IMG/VR virus record: IMGVR_UViG_3300009593_000014
Location: 21,155-85,154 of that record
DNA from: a virus
Direction: 5' to 3' (one strand)
Length of the DNA: 64,000 bases
Position numbers and translations under genes: made by a program. Under the pieces are notes generated by a model. That model did no database searches and was not told where the DNA came from. It worked only from the letters and a program-made list of their open reading frames with translations. Of the stretch, positions 39,515 to 48,302 are shown piece by piece (the first letter of the stretch is position 1; the number at the start of each line of letters is the position of its first letter).

Positions 39515-40314
39515 TGAGAACATTTAGCTTCGGTGGCGGTGTCCAATCAACTGCTGTATTGGCATTACAAGCTTTAGGCGAACTACCTAAACCATACGAT
39601 GTGTATTTGTTCTCCAACGTAGGCAACGATAGTGAAGATCCTGAAACTATATCTTACTTTCACAACCACCACCTGCCTTTTGCTGAGAAGCATGGGATAC
39701 GCATAATTGAATTAATCAAGGAAAGCCGGGGCAGAGAGAATGAGACACTATGGGAGCAACTTCACCGAATGGAAGTTAGGTCTATCCAGATACCTGCATA
39801 CAGGGTAGGAAAAGGACCCGGGGGTAGAAAATGCACCAGAGATTACAAGATTCGTGTAGTTAGGAAATGGCAAAGACAAAACGGATCATCTAAAGATAAC
39901 CCTGTAGTGATGGGGTTAGGAATTAGTGTAGATGAGATCCAAAGAGCACGAACCAGTTCCCGACATGAGGACCAGATACTAGAATATCCCTTAATTGACC
40001 TAGGAATGGACCGTGACGACTGCTTTGAAGTCATAAAAAGAGCAGGATTACCCACTCCTCCACGTTCAGCGTGCTTCTTTTGCCCCTTTCACAGTAAAAA
40101 AGCGTGGATAGATCAAAAAGAAAACCGTCCAGAGCTATTCGCTAAGTCAGTAGCGCTGGAGAAAGTCCTATTGGAACGGTGTGAAATACATGGAAAAGAA
40201 CCAGAATACCTTAGCAGATACGGTGTTCCTTTAGATGAAGCCTTCTCCGAATATGGAAACATCCCCGATGATGACGGTCCCGAAGGATGCGAAGAAGCAA
40301 GCTGCTTTACCTAA
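39514..40314 (+). CDS. PAPS-reductase-like PP-loop protein
   Basis: SFGGGVQS, CT...K, GIS.DE..R, YPL and SACFFCPF. Confidence 0.8.
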   Translation: MRTFSFGGGVQSTAVLALQALGELPKPYDVYLFSNVGNDSEDPETISYFHNHHLPFAEKHGIRIIELIKESRGRENETLWEQLHRMEVRSIQIPAYRVGKGPGGRKCTRDYKIRVVRKWQRQNGSSKDNPVVMGLGISVDEIQRARTSSRHEDQILEYPLIDLGMDRDDCFEVIKRAGLPTPPRSACFFCPFHSKKAWIDQKENRPELFAKSVALEKVLLERCEIHGKEPEYLSRYGVPLDEAFSEYGNIPDDDGPEGCEEASCFT

Positions 40315-40970
40315 TCGGCGGCGCGGCGGCCCCCCTTTTCTTTTTTTGAAAAAATTTTTATTTCTAAGTAACAAAACTTATTGCCAATTTTGGGCCGTGA
40401 CTTAGCATTCCCCCCATTCCCCCATCCCCATTGCCTTAAAAAAGCATTAACAACATCTTTTAAACCTTCCAGAAAATCAATAAAAATAATGTAGCGCAGA
40501 CATTATATAGCACCAAAATATTTCCCCACGACCCCTATCCCACAATGCTCTCACAGCCACACACAGCCCCTCTAAGGACATCCTACACACAACAGAGGTA
40601 GACACCCTTGAAGCAAGCCAAGCTAAGCAAAATACTCTGAAAAAATAAAAAAAATAACACCCCGAAAAAGGAGGCCCCGCCCCCGCCCCATAGAAGCATA
40701 ATTCCAAAAAAACAAACAAAGTTTTTCCAAAATTTAGTACATATTTAAGAAGACCTGCATATATAAAAATAAAAAATAGAATTACTGTACAACCAGTACC
40801 CATAACCCCACTACACGTCTACCCCCCTCCTCATAAGCTGTGGTTCGTGGCTCGCTCGCTCGCTTCCTTTAACATCAGGAAGATATAAGTTTGGGCTGGT
40901 AAAAAAATTAGTGTGTATTTATAACAGTTATTATGTTTAAAAATAAATAAAAGAAATTTGTGTTAAAAGG

Positions 40971-40998
40971 TTGACATAGTTGTTTGATGCTATATAAT
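40971..40998 (+). promoter_or_regulatory. Sigma70-type promoter
   Basis: TTGACA-N16-TATAAT preceded by an AT-rich UP-like tract. Confidence 0.7.
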
Positions 40999-41031
40999 GA
41001 ACTTATCAAACAAAAGGCAGAGGAGCCAACA

Positions 41032-41361
41032 ATGCAAAAAGCAATGCGAAATATGACATCAGGAAACAACATAGAATGGTTGTCATTAGGCCGTGAATTC
41101 AACACGGCACAGTTCACAGGAACTCTTACCCATACTAACTTAATGAATGGTCACAGAGACGGAAACATACTAGGTGTAACAACTATAGAAGATAACGTAG
41201 CAATCACTAACTACATACAGTTTCCACATACTGAATCAATCAATGAGTGGATGAACAAAGAGGTTACACTAACTGCCTCAGTCAAGACCAGAAGACTACA
41301 ACACGCAGAAGAAGAAACCTATCTTCACACTGCTAACGCTTGGTCAATACGCTTAGCATAG
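41032..41361 (+). CDS. Cassette cargo: hypothetical protein
   Basis: SD GAGGAG before ATG 41032; followed by a terminator. Confidence 0.75.
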   Translation: MQKAMRNMTSGNNIEWLSLGREFNTAQFTGTLTHTNLMNGHRDGNILGVTTIEDNVAITNYIQFPHTESINEWMNKEVTLTASVKTRRLQHAEEETYLHTANAWSIRLA

Positions 41362-41376
41362 TTAACCAAAGAATAG

Positions 41377-41410
41377 AGACCGGCCCTTATGGGTCGGTCT
41401 TTTTTCTTTT
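41377..41410 (+). terminator. Intrinsic terminator
   Basis: AGACCGGCCC-TTAT-GGGTCGGTCT plus T-run. Confidence 0.85.
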
Positions 41411-41651
41411 GTATAGGGTATTCGATAAGCACTAGATCCAGGAGCTCCGCCTATCTGCCTGTGGTTCGTGGCTCGCTCGCTCGCTTCCTTTAACGTCAGG
41501 AAGATATGAATGGGGCAGTAGCTAGACTTAAGTATGTATTTGTAACTAGATATATGGTTAAAAGAAATAGTTAAAGTTTTTAGTTGCAAGGTTGGTATTG
41601 ACTGTCAAATTTGTAAACTAGATATATCGGCAAGAGTAAAGGATAAAACAA

Positions 41652-41948
41652 ATGCCACTAATAATAATAAACAAGACAGAAGAAATACCGGAAGAATGGA
41701 AGCAGCAAGACGGAAGATACCAAACACCAATGGTAATGGTTGACTTTGGCAACGTGCACAGTAATGGTGGTTTCGGTACTCACTTAACATTGGCCCCAAC
41801 AGTAGAGACCAGCGAATGGCGCAACGCTTATGGAATAGAGTTCCATCATGATGCAGGCGCTTATCGTCAAGTAACATCTGCACCGTGTAAGTTTATCGGC
41901 ATAGCACAAAACGACGGTTCCATCTTCTGGACTTATATTCCACAATAG
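41652..41948 (+). CDS. Cassette cargo: hypothetical protein
   Basis: SD AAGGA; terminator at ~41961-41990. Confidence 0.75.
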   Translation: MPLIIINKTEEIPEEWKQQDGRYQTPMVMVDFGNVHSNGGFGTHLTLAPTVETSEWRNAYGIEFHHDAGAYRQVTSAPCKFIGIAQNDGSIFWTYIPQ

Positions 41949-42186
41949 GACAAAAGAGAGAAGCCGGCCCTTAATAGGGCCGGTTTTTTTCGTTATATAG
42001 GGTGTTCGAGAAGCGTCTATTATTGAAGCTTCCCTGTCTTGCTGTGGTTCTTGGCTCGCTCGCTCGCTTCCTTTAACGTCAGGGGAATAGTAGTTTGGGC
42101 TGGACTAAGATTTAATACATAAATGATTGCAAAACTAGACTTAAGACTATAAGATAAAAATATCAACAAAAATAAAGGATAAAGAT

Positions 42187-42363
42187 ATGACAATAACCAA
42201 TAAACAAGTACAGATATTCAACACGGTGGCTAATCAACCCCGCTGTTGGCACTGCGAGGAGGATCTCTATTCTGACCATGAGACCGCTCATAGAGAGTTC
42301 GTAATAACAATGCATCATGCCTTCCATATCGCGTGCTACTTCGACCACACAAACGATCAATAA
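42187..42363 (+). CDS. Cassette cargo: 58-aa CxxC...HxxC zinc-finger-like peptide (not in ORF track)
   Basis: MTITNKQVQIFNTVANQPRCWHCEED...HAFHIACYFDHTNDQ; SD AAGGA. Confidence 0.7.
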   Translation: MTITNKQVQIFNTVANQPRCWHCEEDLYSDHETAHREFVITMHHAFHIACYFDHTNDQ

Positions 42364-42518
42364 GGCTGTGTTTCGTGGCTCGCTCGCTCTCTCCCTTTAA
42401 CGTCAGGGGAATTTAGGCATATAGATACGGTGTTTTTAATAGGTATTTATTAAATGCTTGACAAGACTATAACTATTAAATTAATCTGTAATTTATAAGC
42501 AACAGATGAGGAGACATC

Positions 42519-42683
42519 ATGGCTAAATATAAAGAAACCAAATGGGATATAAAGCCTAGTTACGACTATGAGGGTAAATGGGAAGTGTTCCATATTGGAC
42601 ATAGTAACTACGTTCGTAGCGTACACGACACACACGCTGAAGCATTAGCAGAAGCGCGGAGACTAGACAGGGAGAATAGATAA
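42519..42683 (+). CDS. Cassette cargo: 54-aa protein (not in ORF track)
   Basis: MAKYKETKWDIK...HDTHAEALAEARRLDRENR; SD GAGGAG; TTGACA upstream at ~42458. Confidence 0.7.
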   Translation: MAKYKETKWDIKPSYDYEGKWEVFHIGHSNYVRSVHDTHAEALAEARRLDRENR

Positions 42684-42790
42684 TGTTAGATCCGATTTAT
42701 AGACGGCGTAGGATCGCTGTCAGCGCTTTATTGGCAGTGTTCGTATTCTGGTTCTCATATCTAGGCGGGGAACTGCTTAGTAGCCTTTAA
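42683..42790 (+). CDS. 35-aa YRRRR-TM membrane peptide (not in ORF track)
   Basis: TAATG coupling; MLDPIYRRRRIAVSALLAVFVFWFSYLGGELLSSL. Confidence 0.65.
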   Translation: MLDPIYRRRRIAVSALLAVFVFWFSYLGGELLSSL

Positions 42791-42989
42791 CCAGCAGGCT
42801 GTGTTTCGTGGCCCGCTCACTCTCTCCCTTTAACGTCAGAGAAACTATATACAAGGACATTATAGCTTTAATACATAATCCCCAACCGCTCGCTGTTGTT
42901 CGTTGGCTCGCTAAACCGCAAGATTGTGCATGCATGCGCAAAGGCTTTTAATAAACATTGGTGAATAGATAGAACTTAAAAATAATGAC

Positions 42990-43019
42990 TTGACTTGATC
43001 TAATCAGTTATGCCATAAT
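42990..43019 (+). promoter_or_regulatory. Sigma70-type promoter with extended -10
   Basis: TTGACT-N18-CATAAT with TG extension. Confidence 0.65.
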
Positions 43020-43040
43020 TTCTTTATGGCGATATCACCA

Positions 43041-43104
43041 CTACCAAACAGCAACGCCCCGCTCATCGTTGCAGCTCCGGTAGCAATTAGTAGAGCAGGA
43101 AGGA
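43041..43104 (+). ncRNA. Candidate 5' leader pseudoknot RNA (type-A copy 1; others at 45854-45916 and 48721-48790)
   Basis: Covarying P1, P2 and loop-to-3' pairing across three copies. Confidence 0.6.
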
Positions 43105-43115
43105 AACGTGATCTT

Positions 43116-43442
43116 ATGGCAACGGATTGGGGTCAAGCAATTGACCTATCCGAGATTGCAAAGTCTCGTCGTGGCGCAACAGCGACCTACGAGCAGGGAC
43201 TACTTGACGCACTTACTGAGGCATTCAGTAACGGTCAAGCACTTGCAGTGTCACCATTGGCAGTTCTTCAAGAGTCTTTTAAGACTGACGAAGAATACGC
43301 CAATGCGAAACAAGCCAACGCTGCAGAGATCAGGAAGCACTTCAACCGCTTGGTTGAATTGGGACTGATCGCTGACGGTTCAAAGGTGTCCATAAATTGG
43401 CACCCAGAGACCGGCGTTCCACAAGTTTCGCTTAAAGGGTGA
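43116..43442 (+). CDS. WHPE-family paralogue A1
   Basis: WGQAIDLSEIAKSRRGAT..INWHPETGVPQVSL; SD AGGAAGG; in-frame upstream ATG at 43026. Confidence 0.85.
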   Translation: MATDWGQAIDLSEIAKSRRGATATYEQGLLDALTEAFSNGQALAVSPLAVLQESFKTDEEYANAKQANAAEIRKHFNRLVELGLIADGSKVSINWHPETGVPQVSLKG

Positions 43443-43454
43443 TTCTCGGTCCAT

Positions 43455-43510
43455 CTGACTCTTAAACGAGGAACCGGAGTGACTAGCAAGCACTTGGCAA
43501 CAGAACAAAC
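43455..43510 (+). ncRNA. Candidate 3' RNA motif of type-A cassettes (others ~46263-46318 and 49156-49212)
   Basis: A 35-nt block is identical in copies 1 and 2; the stem shows compensatory changes in copy 3. Confidence 0.55.
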
Positions 43511-43516
43511 TACTAA

Positions 43517-43550
43517 AGAAGACCGGCTCGGGGGAGCCGGTCTTCTTCTT
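43517..43550 (+). terminator. Intrinsic terminator
   Basis: AGAAGACCGGCTC-GGG-GAGCCGGTCTTCT. Confidence 0.8.
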
Positions 43551-43787
43551 TGTGTGGGTGCATATCAGGAGCTGCAGCTGCAACGAGTTCTGCTGTTGTT
43601 CGTTTGCTCGCTAAACCGCCAGATTGTGCATGCATGCATGGCAATATTTAATACGAATAGTTATGCAGCTAGAACTTAAATAAGGATTATCTACTGTCGT
43701 AAAATTCAAATGTTGTTGTTTGTGTTAATAGTTGGATACGATCAGTTTTGTCATATTAAAAACATTTAACTTTGGAGGTTAAAAATT

Positions 43788-44297
43788 ATGAACGTTTACG
43801 GATCAGGAGGAGGGCTAGTAAATCTAAACGGTTTACATGATGGCGCAATGCCTCTTATGTGGAAATTAGCCTGTATACATATCGGGCTAGATATTGCACC
43901 CCTATTTAGAGGGTTCGCTATTGCTAAGACCCTTAATGATGTTTATTACGTCTACACCATGAATAGCGATAATGGTGTTAATTGGTGTATTGACTCATTT
44001 GTCGTCTATGACGAATATGGCGAGGGAATGCTGAACTGCCTTATGCACGTTCAGGCTGATGTAGCAGACCTACAAGAAGTAATAGATGGTGGCGGCAAAC
44101 GAGCGATATGGCTCGCTGACTACAATCCAGATAGCGGTGTTGACATTGGTTATGTAGATGAGAGGGAAGTAGAGGAAGCAGATATTTCTGTAGAAGATTA
44201 TGCCCGCTTCTATATCGGTCTTACCCAAGCGATCATTCAGCATGGCAATAGAGAAGATGGCGCTATCAGTTTTGATTGGACTAAGACAATTCCATAA
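43788..44297 (+). CDS. Cassette cargo: unrelated 169-aa hypothetical protein
   Basis: SD GGAGG; terminator at 44309-44348. Confidence 0.78.
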   Translation: MNVYGSGGGLVNLNGLHDGAMPLMWKLACIHIGLDIAPLFRGFAIAKTLNDVYYVYTMNSDNGVNWCIDSFVVYDEYGEGMLNCLMHVQADVADLQEVIDGGGKRAIWLADYNPDSGVDIGYVDEREVEEADISVEDYARFYIGLTQAIIQHGNREDGAISFDWTKTIP

Positions 44298-44599
44298 GGC
44301 ACCTAACAAAGACCCTCATGTTGCAGCTGCAGCGTGAGGGTCTTTTTTGCTTTATGGGGTCTTGTCTTGAGTGTTCGAGGAGCCACTATTCCGACCAGCA
44401 GGTGGAAAATAGGGCTGTTGTTCGTTTGCTCGCTAAACCGCAAAATTGTGCATGCGTGCATGGCAATATTTAATGCGAATAGTTATTCAGCTGGAACTTA
44501 AATAAGGATTACCAGGTTCGAGAAAGTTGGATGTTGTTGTTTATATTAAAAATATGTATCCTCGGATATGTCATATTCAACTAAGAGAAAGGTTATGAC

Positions 44600-44929
44600 A
44601 TGGCAACATTAGACAACTGGGGAGAAGCAATAGATCTCTCCGAAATTAAGAAAGCGAAACGGGGTGCGACTGTTCATTTAGAACAGGGGCTTCTTGACTT
44701 CCTTTCTAAAACTTTAAGTGCTGGTCAAGCAGTAGCACTTACTGGTTTCACTATTGACCCTAAAAAATTCCCTGATGAGAAAGACGCAGGCAATGAACGC
44801 CAGCGCATTGGGGCAGTTATTCGTCGGCATGTTAATCATCTTCGTGATGAAGGATTAATCCCTGATGAGAAAGTGTCTATTAATTGGCACCCAGAAGCGG
44901 ACTATCCGCAGATTAGTTTCAAGTCTTAA
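44600..44929 (+). CDS. WHPE-family paralogue B1
   Basis: RIGAVIRRHV..INWHPEADYPQISF; terminator at 44945-44976. Confidence 0.88.
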   Translation: MATLDNWGEAIDLSEIKKAKRGATVHLEQGLLDFLSKTLSAGQAVALTGFTIDPKKFPDEKDAGNERQRIGAVIRRHVNHLRDEGLIPDEKVSINWHPEADYPQISFKS

Positions 44930-45207
44930 CTAATCCACTCGCTTAAGGCCCTCATGCTCCGGCATGAGGGCCTTTTGCGTTTATGGGGTAAGTCCCAGGA
45001 CTAGAACGCTGTTGTTCGTTGGCTCGCTGACCGCCCAATTGTGCATACATGCGCGATGGTTTTTAATACGAATAGTTATGTAGTTAGTACTGAATTAGGA
45101 ACTATCGATAACCGAGAAAGTTAAATCGTTGTGTTTAGTTTAAAAGTTTGGTTACAATCTCAAGAGTAAACATAACCGCCACCAGATGTGGCAGAAAGAG
45201 AAAAACA

Positions 45208-45537
45208 ATGGCAACAATGGATAACTGGGGTGAAGCAATAGACATCTCAGAAATTAAGAAAGCGAAAAGGGGTGCAACCGTTCAGCTTGAGCAGGGGCTC
45301 CTCGATTTTTTGCAAACCACGCTTGGCGCTGGTCAAGCAGTGGCGCTCACTGGATTTCAGATAGACCCTAAAAAGTTTTCTGACGAAAAAGATGCTGGCA
45401 ATGAACGCCAACGTATCGGTGCAGTGATCCGTAGGCACGTTAATTATCTTCGTGATGAGCAACTAATAGCCAACGAAAAAGTGTCAATCAATTGGCACCC
45501 TGAAGAAGACTATCCTCAGATTAGTTTTAAATCTTAA
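45208..45537 (+). CDS. WHPE-family paralogue B2
   Basis: MATMDNWGEAID; promoter TTGTGT-N18-TACAAT; terminator at 45554-45585. Confidence 0.88.
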   Translation: MATMDNWGEAIDISEIKKAKRGATVQLEQGLLDFLQTTLGAGQAVALTGFQIDPKKFSDEKDAGNERQRIGAVIRRHVNYLRDEQLIANEKVSINWHPEEDYPQISFKS

Positions 45538-45928
45538 ATAGTCTCTTTCACTTAAAGCCCTCATGCTCCGGCATGAGGGCTTTTTGCTTTTTCCAACCAG
45601 CAGGTGGAAAAGTTGGGCTGGTAAAAGTTGGGGTTCTCATGGATTAAAGTTTGGAACTTTGCTAGTCCCAGGACTAGAAGCCTGTCGTTCGTTGGCTCGC
45701 TGACCGCAAAATTTAGTATGAACTTATGGCAATTTTTAATAGGAATAGTTCTGTAGCTAGTCCTGAACTAGGAACTATCGAGAACTTAAGAAAATAAAAT
45801 ATGTTTGAAAATATAAATTATGACGATAGGAATAAGGCATGGAGATATCACCACTCAATAGAACTAGCGCCACGCCCATCGCTGACGCTATTGGGCAACC
45901 ACTAGGGCAGGAAGGATACTTGATTGCA

Positions 45929-46258
45929 TTGGCAACTTCATGGGGGTCATCTATTGACCTTAGTGAGATCGTTAAAGCCTCTCGTGGCGCTACGGCGACA
46001 TATGAGGAAGGCTTGCTTGATGCTCTTGCTGAAACACTCGGTAAGGGTCAAGCATTAGCGTGCACACCTATGGCGGTACTTGCTTCTGACTACGCAGAAG
46101 AAGACGATTACCGCAATGCTAAGCAAACTAATGCGGCAGAATTGCGTAAGCACTTTAACCGCTTGGTGGAACTCAAAAAAGTTCCTGCTGGTTCTAAGAT
46201 TTCTATAAATTGGAATCCCGAAACCGGCGTGCCTCAAGTTTCGCTTAACAACAAATAG
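45929..46258 (+). CDS. WHPE-family paralogue A2 (WNPE variant)
   Basis: TTG start aligned to A1; in-frame ATG at 45839; terminator at 46322-46350. Confidence 0.82.
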   Translation: MATSWGSSIDLSEIVKASRGATATYEEGLLDALAETLGKGQALACTPMAVLASDYAEEDDYRNAKQTNAAELRKHFNRLVELKKVPAGSKISINWNPETGVPQVSLNNK

Positions 46259-46664
46259 GCAACTCACAATATGAGCAAGACTCGGAGTGACTAGCAAGCA
46301 CTTGGCAACAGAACAAAACTCAAGCCCCTCGCAGACGCGAGGGGCTTCTTACTTTCTATGGGTTAATAGCCTCGCCTCGAGAACTGTATCGCTGTTCCTG
46401 GATCTAGGGCTGTCGTTCGTTGGCTCGCTTCCTTATAACTTTTAACGGTAGGAAAAATTGTTGTTCTCCCTGGTATGAATTAAGTGGATATTTCAAAACG
46501 ATAGTTAATCGTCCTGGTCTAAGACAAAACACTAACTGATTAAGCAGCAGGAGCTGAATTAGGAACTATTGACTACCGAAAAAATTAAATGTTGTTGTTT
46601 ATCTTAAAAGCCTGTATCTTCATATATTCAATAAACAACTATTAAACCTTAAGGAGGTTTTGTT

Positions 46665-46985
46665 ATTGACAATCAATGGGGCGAGGCCATAGACCCCTCG
46701 GAAATAAAGAAAGCAAAGAGAGGTGCGACTGTTCAACTAGAGCAGGGGCTACTTGACTTTTTGCAGGAAATACTCAACAACGGACAAGCGGCACAAGTCA
46801 CGGCTTACAAGATTGATCATAAAAAGTTCAAGACTGAAGATGCTGTAGCCAATGAGAAACAAAGAATCGGTGCAGTAATTCGCCGTCACGTTTCTCATCT
46901 CCGTGATGAGAAATTAATCGCCAATGCTAAAGTTTCGACTAATTGGCATCCTGAAGAAGATTATCCGCAGGTTTCATTCTCGTAG
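46665..46985 (+). CDS. WHPE-family paralogue B3 with ATT start
   Basis: The frame extends upstream of ORF 46761 as IDNQWGEAIDPSEIKKAKRG; AAGGAGG lies 7 nt before the ATT; in-frame stop at 46650. Confidence 0.78.
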   Translation: MDNQWGEAIDPSEIKKAKRGATVQLEQGLLDFLQEILNNGQAAQVTAYKIDHKKFKTEDAVANEKQRIGAVIRRHVSHLRDEKLIANAKVSTNWHPEEDYPQVSFS

Positions 46986-47068
46986 ATAATCTTCTCCCTT
47001 AAAGCCCCCTCATAGGTTCCTGTCAGCACTAGATCCTTTCTGAGGGGGCTTTTTGGCGTTTATGGGGG

Positions 47069-47120
47069 AAGTTGGGGATCTCGTCTGTTTTTGGAAGTTG
47101 GGGATCTCGTCTGTTTTTGG
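47069..47120 (+). repeat. Perfect 26-bp tandem duplication
   Basis: aagttggggatctcgtctgtttttgg x2, just before header copy 12. Confidence 0.9.
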
Positions 47121-47325
47121 ATCTTGGGCTGTCGTTCGTTGGCTCGCTGACCACAAAATTGTGCATGCATGCATGACAATGTTTAATATGAATATTTCTG
47201 TAGCTAGTACTGAATTATGAACTATCGACTACCGAGAAACTTAATTAGTTGCATTTAGTTTAAAAGTTTGATTACAATGTCAAGAGTAAACACAACCGCC
47301 ACTATGTGGCAGAAGGATAAAGACA

Positions 47326-47655
47326 ATGGCAACAATGGATAACTGGGGAGAGGCAATAGACATCTCCGAAGTTAAAAAGGCAAAAAGGGGTGCGACTGTT
47401 CAACTAGAGCAGGGGCTACTTGACTTTTTGCAAACCACGCTTGGCAATGGTCAAGCAGTAGCACTTACTGGATTTCAGATAGACCCTAAGAAGTTTTCTG
47501 ATGAAAAAGATGCAGGCAACGAACGTCAGCGCATCGGTGCAGTAATTCGCAGGCACGTCAATCATCTTCGTGATGAGCAACTGATTGCTAACGAGAAGGT
47601 ATCCATCAACTGGCACCCAGAAGAGGATTACCCACAGATCAGCTTTAAATCTTAA
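47326..47655 (+). CDS. WHPE-family paralogue B4
   Basis: Protein near-identical to B2; promoter TTGCAT-N18-TACAAT; terminator at 47671-47702. Confidence 0.88.
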   Translation: MATMDNWGEAIDISEVKKAKRGATVQLEQGLLDFLQTTLGNGQAVALTGFQIDPKKFSDEKDAGNERQRIGAVIRRHVNHLRDEQLIANEKVSINWHPEEDYPQISFKS

Positions 47656-47972
47656 CTGGTCCCCTCGCTTAAGACCCTCACGCTACGGCGTGGGGGTTTT
47701 TTGCGTTTATGGGGTAAGTTTTGGAAAGCTGGTGGAATACCAGTCCCTCGAACACTATAAGCCTTGTCCCAGGACTAGAACGCTGTCGTTCGTTGGCTCG
47801 CTTCCCGCGAAAATTGTGTGCACATATGCACACATTGAGTACATATTTATAGTTAAAAATATATCTATTCCTGGTACTAGAAGTTTGGTAGTTGCGTTTG
47901 GCTTTGAACTATGTTTATAATTTAAAGAGTAAACACAACCGCCACCTTTGTGGCAGAAAGTAGAGTAAAAAC

Positions 47973-48302
47973 ATGAGTACCAATTGGGGGAGCGTTATAG
48001 ACGTTTCCGAAGTTCAGAAGGCAAGCAGGGGGGCGACTGTTCAACTAGATCAAAGCCTCCTTGACTTCCTTTGTGAAGCCTTAAGCGCCGGGCAAGCAGC
48101 CGCGCTTACTGCCTACCGAGTAGATCCTAAAATATTCTCTAGCGAGAAGGATATGGCAAACGAGAAACAACGGATAGGCGCGGTAATCCGTAGGCATGTC
48201 AACAACCTTCGTCATGATGGTTTGATAGCCGAAGGCAAAGTATCAATTCATTGGCACCCAGAAGGCGGATACCCGCAAGTACAACTGCTTAGTTATTCCT
48301 AA
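47973..48302 (+). CDS. WHPE-family paralogue B5
   Basis: IHWHPEGGYPQV; promoter TTGCGT-N18-TATAAT; terminator at 48320-48350. Confidence 0.88.
   Translation: MSTNWGSVIDVSEVQKASRGATVQLDQSLLDFLCEALSAGQAAALTAYRVDPKIFSSEKDMANEKQRIGAVIRRHVNNLRHDGLIAEGKVSIHWHPEGGYPQVQLLSYS

Noticed and set aside
40477-40803. 108-aa minus-strand ORF
   Set aside because: Product of low-complexity T/G-rich sequence; no SD and implausible composition.
40849-40866. AAV Rep-binding-element or ColE1-like (GCTC)n match, or vector contamination
   Set aside because: Only a short low-complexity resemblance, embedded in native repeated headers; no HUH Rep gene seen.
43455-43475. Hammerhead ribozyme
   Set aside because: CTGA-stem-GAAC lacks the CUGANGA...GAAA core.
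45148-45207. TTG-initiated N-terminal extension of B2
   Set aside because: The TTG lies inside the promoter spacer; paralogue alignment and SD support ATG 45208.
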